From assembly GCA_964016885.1 (NCBI GenBank), contig OZ024741.1, positions 254,572,001 through 254,636,000 of the forward strand: DNA of 64,000 bases, written 5' to 3'. The notes under the pieces are model-generated. The model did not search any database. It was given only the letters and a program-made list of their open reading frames with translations, and had not been told where the DNA came from. Source of the stretch: Eledone cirrhosa (Eukaryota). The translations under genes were made by a program, and so were the position numbers. Shown here in pieces: positions 47,001 to 59,520 of the stretch. The first letter of the stretch is position 1. Every line of letters begins with the position of its first letter.

Positions 47001-50000
47001 ACAACACTGGCACTGACAGAGAAAACAGCAACAACTACAACAACACTGGCACTGACAGAGAAAACAGCAAGAACAACAACACTGGCACTGACAGAGAAAA
47101 CAGCAACAAAAACAACAGTGACACTGACACAGAAAACAGCAACAACAACAGTGGCACTGACACAGAAAACAGCAAAAAACTACAACAACACTGGCGCTGA
47201 CACAGAAAACAGCAACAACTACAACAACACTGGCACTGACAGAGAAAACAGCAACAACAACAACACTGGCACTGACACAGAAAACAGCAACAACTACAAC
47301 AACACTGGCACTCACAGAGAAAACAGCAACAACTACAACAACACTGGCACTCACAGAGAAAACAGCAACAACTACAACAACACTGGCACTGACACAGAAA
47401 ACAGCAACAACTACAACAACACTGGTACTGACACAGAAAACAGCAACAACAACAACAACACTGGCACTGACACAGAAAACAGCAACAGCAACAGCAACAA
47501 CAACAACAACACTGGCACTGACAGAGAAAACAGCAACAACTACAACACTGGCACTGACAGAGAAAACACAACAACAACAACAACACTGGCACTGACAGAG
47601 AAAACAGCAACAACTACAACAACACTGGCACTGACACAGAAAACAGCAACAACTACAACAAAACTGGCACTGACAGAGAAAACAGCAACAACAACAACAC
47701 TGGCACTGACAGAGAAAACAGCAACAACTACAACAACACTGGCACTGACACAGAAAACAGCAACAACAACAACAACACTGGCACTGACACAGAAAACAGC
47801 AACAACAACAACACTGGCACTGACAGTGAAAATAGCAACAACAACAACACTGGCACTGACAGAGAAAACAGCAACAACAACAACACTGGCACTGACACAG
47901 AAAACAGCAACAACAACAACACTGGCACTGACACAGAAAACAGCAACAACTACAACAACACTGGCACTGACAGAGAAAACAGCAACAACTACAACAACAC
48001 TGGCACTGACACAGAAAACAGCAACAACAACAACACTGGCACTGACAGAGAAAACAGCAACAACAACACTGGCACTGACACAGAAAACAGCAACAACAAC
48101 AACACTGGCACTGACAGAGAAAACAGCAACAACAACAACACTGGCACTGACAGAGAAAACAGCAACAACAACAACACCGGCACTGACACAGAAAACAGCA
48201 ACAACTACAACAACACTGGCACTGACAGTGAAAACAGCAACAACTACAACAACACTGGCACTGACACAGAAAACAGCAACAACTACAACAACACTGGCAC
48301 TGACACAGAAAACAGCAACAACAACAACAACACTGGCACTGACACAGAAAACAGCAACAACAACAACACTGGCACTGACAGTGAAAATAGCAACAACAAC
48401 AACACTGGCACTGACAGAGAAAACAGCAACAACAACAACACTGGCACTGACACAAAAAACAGCAACAACAACACTGGCACTGACACAGAAAACAGCAACA
48501 ACTACAACAACACTGGCACTGACAGAGAAAACAACAACAACTACAACACTGGCACTGACAGAGAAAACAGCAACAACTACAACAACACTGGCACTGACAC
48601 AGAAAACAGCAACAACTACAACAACACTGGCACTGACACAGAAAACAGCAACAACAACAACAACACTGGCACTGACACAGAAAACAGCAACAACAACAAC
48701 ACTGGCACTGAGAGTGAAAATAGCAACAACAACAACATTGGCACTGACAGAGAAAACAGCAACAACAACAACACTGGCACTGACACAGAAAACAGCAACA
48801 ACAACAACACTGGCACTGACACAGAAAACAGCAACAACTACAACAACACTGGCACTGACAGAGAAAACAGCAACAACTACAACACTGGCACTGACAGAGA
48901 AAACAGCAACAACAACAACACTGGCACTGACAGAGAAAACAGCAACAACTACAACAACACTGGCACTGACACAGAAAACAGCAACAACAACAACAACACT
49001 GGCACTGACACAGAAAACAGCAACAGCAACAGCAACAGCAACAACAACAACAACACTGGCACTGACAGAGAAAACGGCAACAACTACAACACTGGCACTG
49101 ACAGAGAAAACACAACAACAACAACAACAACACTGGCACTGACAGAGAAAACAGCAACAACTACAACAACACTGGCACTGACACAGAAAACAGCAACAAC
49201 TACAACAAAACTGGCACTGACAGAGAAAACAGCAACAACTACAACAACACTGGCACTGACAGAGGAAACAGCAACAACAACAACACTGGCACTGACAGAG
49301 AAAACAGCAACAACTACAACAACACTGGCACTGACACAGAAAACAGCAACAACAACAACAACACTGGCACTGACAGAGAAAACAGCAACAACAACAACAC
49401 TGGCACTGACACAGAAAACAGCAACAACAACAACACTGGCACTAACACAGAAAACAGCAACAACTACAACAACACTGGCACTGACAGAGAAAACAGCAAC
49501 AACTACAACAACACTGGCACTGACACAGAAAACAGCAACAACAACAACACTGGCACTGACACAGAAAACAGCAACAACAACAACACTGGCACTGACAGAG
49601 AAAACAGCAACAACAACACTGGCACTGACAGAGAAAACAGCAACAACAACAACACCGGCACTGACACAGAAAACAGCAACAACTACAACAACACTGGCAC
49701 TGACAGAGAAAACAGCAACAACAACAACACTGGCACTGACACAGAAAACAGCAACAACTACAACACTGGCACTGACAGAGAAAACAGCAACAACTACAAC
49801 AACACTGGCACTGACAGAGAAAACAGCAACAGCAACAACACAGGCTCTGACACAGAAAACAGCAACAACAGCAACAACAACACTGGCACTGACACAGAAA
49901 ACAGCAACAACAGCAATAACAATGGCACTGACACAGAAAACAGCAACAACAACAACACTGGCACTGACAGAGAAAACAGCAACAACAACACTGGCACTGA

Positions 50001-53000
50001 CAGAGAAAACAGCAACAACAACAACACTGGCACTGACACAGAAAACAGCAACAACAACAGTGGCACTGACACAGAAAACAGCAACAACTACAACAACACT
50101 GGCACTGACACAGAAAACAGCAACAACAACAACACTGGCACTGACAGAGAAAACAGCAACAACAACAACACTGGCACTGACACAGAAAACAGCAACAACA
50201 GCAACAACACTGGCACTGACACAGAAAACAGCAACAACTACAACAACACTGGCACTGACAGAGAAAACAGCAACAACTACAACAACACTGGCACTGACAG
50301 AGAAAACAGCAACAACAACAACACTGGCACTGACACAGAAAACAGCAACAACTACAACAACACTGGCACTGACAGAGAAAACAGCAACAACTACAACAAC
50401 ACTGGCACTGACAGAGAAAACAGCAACAACAACAACACCGGCACTGACACAGAAAACAGCAACAACTACAACAACACTGGCACTGACAGAGAAAACAGCA
50501 ACAACTACAACAACACTGGCACTGACAGAGAAAACAGCAACAACAACAACACTGGCACTGACAGAGAAATCAGCAACAACAACACTGGCACTGACAGAGA
50601 AAACAGCAACAAAATCAACACTGACACTGACACAGAAAACAGCAACAACAACAGTGGCACTGACACAGAAAACAGCAAAAAACTACAACAACACTGGCAC
50701 TGACACAGAAAACAGCAACAACTACAACAACACTGGCACTCACAGAGAAAACAGCAACAACTACAACAACACTGGCACTCACAGAGAAAACAGCAACAAC
50801 TACAACAACACTGGCACTGACACAGAAAACCGCAACAACTACAACAACACTGGCACTGACACAGAAAACAGCAACAACTACAACAACACTGGCACTGACA
50901 CAGAAAACAGCAACAACAACAACACTGGCACTGACACAGAAAACAGCAACAACAACAACACTGGCACTGACAGAGAAAACAGCAACAACAACAACACTGG
51001 CACTGACAGAGAAAACAGCAACAACAACAACACCGGCACTGACACAGAAAACAGCAACAACTACAACAAAACTGGCACTGACACAGAAAACAACAACAAC
51101 AACAACAACACTGGCACTGACACAGAAAACAGCAACAACAACAACACTGGCACTGACAGTGAAAATAGCAACAACAACAACAACACTGGCACTGACAGAG
51201 AAAACAGCAACAACAACAACACTGGCACTGACACAAAAAACAGCAACAACAACACTGGCACTGACACAGAAAACAGCAACAACTACAACAACACTGGCAC
51301 TGACAGAGAAAACAACAACAACTACAACACTGGCACTGACAGAGAAAACAGCAACAACAACAACACTGGCACTGACAGAGAAAACAGCAACAACAACAAC
51401 ACCGGCACTGACACAGAAAACAGCAACAACTACAACAACACTGGCACTGACAGAGAAAACAGCAACAACTACAACAACACTGGCACTGACACAGAAAACA
51501 GCAACAACTACAACAACACTGGCACTGACAGAGAAAACAGCAACAACTACAACAACACTGGCACTGACAGAGAAAACAGCAACAACAACAACACCGGCAC
51601 TGACACAGAAAACAGCAACAACTACAACAACACTGGCACTGACAGAGAAAACAGCAACAACTACAACAACACTGGCACTGACAGAGAAAACAGCAAGAAC
51701 AACAACACTGGCACTGACAGAGAAAACAGCAACAAAAACAACAGTGACACTGACACAGAAAACAGCAACAACAACAGTGGCACTGACACAGAAAACAGCA
51801 AAAAACTACAACAACACTGGCGCTGACACAGAAAACAGCAACAACTACAACAACACTGGCACTGACAGAGAAAACAGCAACAACAACAACACTGGCACTG
51901 ACACAGAAAACAGCAACAACTACAACAACACTGGCACTCACAGAGAAAACAGCAACAACTACAACAACACTGGCACTCACAGAGAAAACAGCAACAACTA
52001 CAACAACACTGGCACTGACACAGAAAACAGCAACAACTACAACAACACTGGCACTGACACAGAAAACAGCAACAACAACAACAACACTGGCACTGACACA
52101 GAAAACAGCAACAGCAACAGCAACAACAACAACAACACTGGCACTGACAGAGAAAACAGCAACAACTACAACACTGGCACTGACAGAGAAAACACAACAA
52201 CAACAACAACACTGGCACTGACAGAGAAAACAGCAACAACTACAACAACACTGGCACTGACACAGAAAACAGCAACAACTACAACAAAACTGGCACTGAC
52301 AGAGAAAACAGCAACAACAACAACACTGGCACTGACAGAGAAAACAGCAACAACTACAACAACACTGGCACTGACACAGAAAACAGCAACAACAACAACA
52401 ACACTGGCACTGACACAGAAAACAGCAACAACAACAACACTGGCACTGACAGTGAAAATAGCAACAACAACAACACTGGCACTGACAGAGAAAACAGCAA
52501 CAACAACAACACTGGCACTGACACAGAAAACAGCAACAACAACAACACTGGCACTGACACAGAAAACAGCAACAACTACAACAACACTGGCACTGACAGA
52601 GAAAACAGCAACAACTACAACAACACTGGCACTGACACAGAAAACAGCAACAACAACAACACTGGCACTGACAGAGAAAACAGCAACAACAACACTGGCA
52701 CTGACAGAGAAAACAGCAACAACAACAACACCGGCACTGACACAGAAAACAGCAACAACTACAACAACACTGGCACTGACAGAGAAAACAACAACAACTA
52801 CAACACTGGCACTGGCAGAGAAAACAGCAACAACAACAACACTGGCACTGACAGAGAAAACAGCAACAACAACAACAACACAGGCACTGACACAGAAAAC
52901 AGCAACAACAACAGCAACAACACTGGCACTGACACAGAAAACAGCAACAGCAACAACTACAACAACACTGGCACTGACAGAGAAAACAGCAACAACTACA

Positions 53001-56000
53001 ACACTGGCACTGACAGAGAAAACACAACAACAACAACAACACTGGCACTGACAGAGAAAACAGCAACAACTACAACAACACTGGCACTGACACAGAAAAC
53101 AGCAACAACTACAACAAAACTGGCACTGACAGAGAAAACAGCAACAACTACAACAACACTGGCACTGACAGAGAAAACAGCAACAACAACAACACTGGCA
53201 CTGACAGAGAAAACAGCAACAACTACAACAACACTGGCACTGACACAGAAGACAGAAACAACTACAACAACACTGGCACTGACAGAGAAAACAGCAACAA
53301 CAACAACACTGGCACTGATACAGAAAACAGCAACAACTACAACAACACTGACACTGACAGAGAAAACAGCAACAACTACAACAACACTGGCACTCACAGA
53401 GAAAACAGCAACAACTACAACAACACTGGCACTGACACAGAAAACAGCAACAACTACAACAACACTGGCACTGACACAGAAAACAGCAACAACTACAACA
53501 ACACTGGCACTGACAGAGAAAACAGCAACAACTACAACAACACTGGCACTGACAGAGAAAACAGCAACAACAACAACACTGGCACTGACACAGAAAACAG
53601 CAACAACTACAACAACACTGGCACTGACAGAGAAAACAGCAACAACTACAACAACACTGGCACTGACAGAGAAAACAGCAACAACAACAACACTGGCACT
53701 GACAGAGAAAACAGCAACAACTACAACAACACTGGCACTGACACAGAAAACAGCAACAACAACAACAACACTGGCACTGACACAGAAAACAGCAACAGCA
53801 ACAGCAACAACAACAACAACAACACTGGCACTGACAGAGAAAACAGCAACAACTACAACACTGGCACTGACAGAGAAAACACAACAACAACAACAACACT
53901 GGCAATGACAGAGAAAACAGCAACAACTACAACAACACTGGCACTGACACAGAAAACAGCAACAACTACAACAAAACTGGCACTGACAGAGAAAACAGCA
54001 ACAACTACAACAACACTGGCACTGACAGAGAAAACAGCAACAACAACAACACTGGCACTGACAGAGAAAACAGCAACAACTACAACAACACTGGCACTGA
54101 CACAGAAAACAGCAACAACAACAACAACACTGGCACTGACACAGAAAACAGCAACAACAACACTGGCACTGACAGTGAAAATAGCAACAACAACAACACT
54201 GGCACTGACAGAGAAAACAGCAACAACAACAACACTGGCACTGACACAGAAAACAGCAACAACAACAACACTGGCACTGACACAGAAAACAGCAACAACT
54301 ACAACAACACTGGCACTGACAGAGAAAACAGCAACAACTACAACAACACTGGCACTGACACAGAAAACAGCAACAACAACAACACTGGCACTGACACAGA
54401 AAACAGCAACAACAACAACACTGGCACTGACAGAGAAAACAGCAACAACAACACTGGCACTGACAGAGAAAACAGCAACAACAACACCGGCACTGACACA
54501 GAAAACAGCAACAACTACAACAACACTGGCACTGACAGAGAAAACAGCAACAACTACAACAACACTGGCACTGACAGAGAAAACAGCAACTGCAACAACA
54601 CTGGCACTGACACAGAAAACAGCAACAACAGCAACAACAACACTGGCACTGACACAGAAAACAGCAACAACAGCAATAACAATGGCACTGACACAGAAAA
54701 CAGCAACAACAACAACACTGGCACTGACAGAGAAAACAGCAACAACAACACTGGCACTGACAGAGAAAACAGCAACAACAACAACACTGGCACTGACACA
54801 GAAAACAGCAACAACAACAGTGGCACTGACACAGAAAACAACAACAACTACAACAACACTGGCACTGACACAGAAAACAGCAACAACAACAACACTGGCA
54901 CTGACAGAGAAAACAGCAACAACAACAACACTGGCACTGACACAGAAAACAGCAACAACAGCAACAACACTGGCACTGACACAGAAAACAGCAACAACTA
55001 CAACAACACTGGCACTGACAGAGAAAACAGCAACAACTACAACAACACTGGCACTGACAGAGAAAACAGCAACAACAACAACACTGGCACTGACACAGAA
55101 AACAGCAACAACTACAACAACACTGGCACTGACAGAGAAAACAGCAACAACTACAACAACACTGGCACTGACAGAGAAAACAGCAACAACAACAACACCG
55201 GCACTGACACAGAAAACAGCAACAACTACAACAACACTGGCACTGACAGAGAAAACAGCAACAACTACAACAACACTGGCACTGACAGAGAAAACAGCAA
55301 GAACAACAACACTGGCACTGACAGAGAAAACAGCAACAAAAACAACAGTGACACTGACACAGAAAACAGCAACAACAACAGTGGCACTGACACAGAAAAC
55401 AGCAAAAAACTACAACGACACTGGCGCTGACACAGAAAACAGCAACAACTACAACAACACTGGCACTGACAGAGAAAACAGCAACAACAACAACACTGGC
55501 ACTGACACAGAAAACAGCAACAACTACAACAACACTGGCACTCACAGAGAAAACAGCAACAACTACAACAACACTGGCACTCACAGAGAAAACAGCAACA
55601 ACTACAACAACACTGGCACTGACACAGAAAACAGCAACAACTACAACAACACTGGCACTGACACAGAAAACAGCAACAACAACAACAACACTGGCACTGA
55701 CACAGAAAACAGCAACAGCAACAGCAACAACAACAACAACACTGGCACTGACAGAGAAAACAGCAACAACTACAACACTGGCACTGACAGAGAAAACACA
55801 ACAACAACAACAACACTGGCACTGACAGAGAAAACAGCAACAACTACAACAACACTGGCACTGACACAGAAAACAGCAACAACTACAACAAAACTGGCAC
55901 TGACAGAGAAAACAGCAACAACTACAACAACACTGGCACTGACAGAGAAAACAGCAACAACAACAACACTGGCACTGACAGAGAAAACAGCAACAACTAC

Positions 56001-56300
56001 AACAACACTGGCACTGACACAGAAAACAGCAACAACAACAACAACACTGGCACTGACACAGAAAACAGCAACAACAACAACACTGGCACTGACAGTGAAA
56101 ATAGCAACAACAACAACACTGGCACTGACAGAGAAAACAGCAACAACAACAACACAGGCACTGACACAGAAAACAGCAACAACAACAACACTTGCACTGA
56201 CACAGAAAACAGCAACAACTACAACAACACTGGCACTGACAGAGAAAACAGCAACAACTACAACAACACTGGCACTGACACAGAAAACAGCAACAACAAC
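40800..56300 (+). repeat. Shuffled higher-order blocks A-B-C-A'-C'-B'-C'' (offsets ~7.27-7.38 kb, 4.626 kb and 8.23-8.41 kb)
   Basis: A: ORF pairs 41348/48616 and 42526/49794 (offset 7268), 43496/50878 (7382), with markers CTGAGAGTG, GAGGAAACA and CAGGCTCTG. C: 47035/51661/55265, with GCAAGAACA and GCGCTG. B: 45850/54080 and 46324/54554 (8230), with AAGACAGAA and GCAATGACA. Confidence 0.88.
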
Positions 56301-56639
56301 AACACTGGCACTGACAGAGAAAACAGCAACAACAACACTGGCACTGACAGAGAAAACAGCAACAACAACAACACCGGCACTGACACAGAAAACAGCAACA
56401 ACTACAACAACACTGGCACTGACAGAGAAAAGAGCAACAACTACAACAACACTGGCACTGACAGAGAAAACAGCAACTGCAACAACACTGGCACTGACAC
56501 AGAAAACAGCAACAACAGCAACAACAACACTGGCACTGACACAGAAAACAGCAACAACAGCAATAACAATGGCACTGACAGAGAAAACAGCAACAACAAC
56601 AACACTGGCACTGACAGAGAAAACAGCAACAACAACACT

Positions 56640-59520
56640 GGCACTGACAGAGAAAACAGCAACAACAACAACACTGGCACTGACACAGAAAACAGCAACA
56701 ACAGCAACAACACTGGCACTGACACAGAAAACAGCAACAACTACAACAACACTGGCACTGACAGAGAAAACAGCAACAACTACAACAACACTGGCACTGA
56801 CAGAGAATACAGCAACAACAACAACACTGGCACTGACACAGAAAACAGCAACAACTACAACAACACTGGCACTGACAGAGAAAACAGCAACAACTACAAC
56901 AACACTGGCACTGACAGAGAAAACAGCAACAACAACAGTGGCACTGACACAGAAAACAGCAACAACTACAACAACACTGGCACTGACACAGAAAACAGCA
57001 ACAACAACAACACTGGCACTGACAGAGAAAACAGCAACAACAACAACACTGGCACTGACACAGAAAACAGCAACAACAGCAACAACACTGGCACTGACAC
57101 AGAAAACAGCAACAACTACAACAACACTGGCACTGACAGAGAAAACAGCAACAACTACAACAACACTGGCACTGACAGAGAATACAGCAACAACAACAAC
57201 ACCGGCACTGACACAGAAAACAGCAACAACTACAACAACACTGGCACTGACAGAGAAAACAGCAACAACTACAACAACACTGGCACTGACAGAGAAAACA
57301 GCAACAACAACAACACTGGCACTGACAGAGAAAACAGCAACAACAACACTGGCACTGACAGAGAAAACAGCAACAAAAACAACACTGACACTGACACAGA
57401 AAACAGCAACAACAACAGTGGCACTGACACAGAAAACAGCAAAAAACTACAACAACACTGGCACTGACACAGAAAACAGCAACAACTACAACAACACTGG
57501 CACTGACAGAGAAAACAGCAACAACAACAACACTGGCACTGACACAGAAAACAGCAACAACTACAACAACACTGGCACTCACAGAGAAAACAGCAACAAC
57601 TACAACAACACTGGCACTCACAGAGAAAACAGCAACAACTACAACAACACTGGCACTGACACAGAAAACAGCAACAACTACAACAACACTGGCACTGACA
57701 GAGAAAACAGCAACAACAACAACACTGGCACTGACAGAGAAAACAGCAACAACAACAACACCGGCACTGACACAGAAAACAGCAACAACTACAACAACAC
57801 TGGCACTGACAGAGAAAACAGCAACAACTACAACAGCACTGGCACTGACAGAGAAAACAGCAACAACTACAACAACACTGGCACTGACACAGAAAACAGC
57901 AACAACTACAACAACACTGGCACTGACACAGAAAACAGCAACAACAACAACAACACTGGCACTGACACAGAAAACAGCAACAACAACAACACTGGCACTG
58001 ACAGTGAAAATAGCAACAACAACAACACTGGCACTGACAGAGAAAACAGCAACAACAACAACACTGGCACTGACACAAAAAACAGCAACAACAACAACAC
58101 TGGCACTGACACAGAAAACAGCAACAACTACAACAACACTGGCTCTGACAGAGAAAACAGCAACAACTACAACACTGGCACTGACAGAGAAAACAGCAAC
58201 AACAACAACACTGGCACTGACAGAGAAAACAGCAACAACAACAACATCGGCACTGACACAGAAAACAGCAACAACTACAACAACACTGGCACTGACAGAG
58301 AAAACAGCAACAACTACAACAACACTGGCACTGACACAGAAAACAGCAACAACAACAACAACACTGGCACTGACACAGAAAACAGCAACAACAAAAACAC
58401 TGGCACTGACAGTGAAAATAGCAACAACAACAACACTGGCACTGACAGAGAAAACAGCAACAACAACAACACTGGCACTGACACAAAAAACAGCAACAAC
58501 AACAACACTGGCACTGACACAGAAAACAGCAACAACTACAACAACACTGGCACTGATAGAGAAAACAGCAACAACTACAACACTGGCACTGACAGAGAAA
58601 ACAGCAACAACAACAACACTGGCACTGACAGAGAAAACAGCAACAACAACAACAACACAGGCACTGACACAGAAAACAGCAACAACAACAACAACAACAC
58701 TGGCACTGACACAGAAAACAGCAACAGCAACAACTACAACAACACTGGCACTGACAGAGAAAACAGCAACAACTACAACACTGGCACTGACAGAGAAAAC
58801 ACAACAACAACAACAACACTGGCACTGACAGAGAAAACAGCAACAACTACAACAACACTGGCACTGACACAGAAAACAGCAACAACTACAACAAAACTGG
58901 CACTGACAGGGAAAACAGCAACAACTACAACAACACTGGCACTGACAGAGAAAACAGCAACAACAACAACACTGGCACTGACAGAGAAAACAGCAACAAC
59001 TACAACAACACTGGCACTGACACAGAAAACAGAAACAACTACAACAACACTGGCACTGACAGAGAAAACAGCAACAACAACAACACTGGCACTGACACAG
59101 AAAACAGCAACAACTACAACAACACTGACACTGACAGAGAAAACAGCAACAACTACAACAACACTTGCACTCACAGAGAAAACAGCAACAACAACAACAC
59201 TGGCACTGACACAGAAAACAGCAACAACTACAACAACACTGGCACTGACAGAGAAAACAGCAACAACTACAACACTGGCACTGACAGAGAAAACAGCAAC
59301 AACAACAACACTGGCACTGACAGAGAAAACAGCAACAACAACAACAACACAGGCACTGACACAGAAAACAGCAACAACAACAACAACAACACTGGCACTG
59401 ACACAGAAAACAGCAACAGCAACAACTACAACAACACTGGCACTGACAGAGAAAACAGCAACAACTACAACACTGGCACTGACAGAGAAAACACAACAAC
59501 AACAACAACACTGGCACTGA
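56640..59520 (+). repeat. Cluster of short local duplications (offsets 375, 408 and 692 bp)
   Basis: GAGAATACA at 56803/57178; ORF pair 57906/58314; G-deletion monomer with its upstream CAGGCA context at 58802/59494. Confidence 0.75.
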
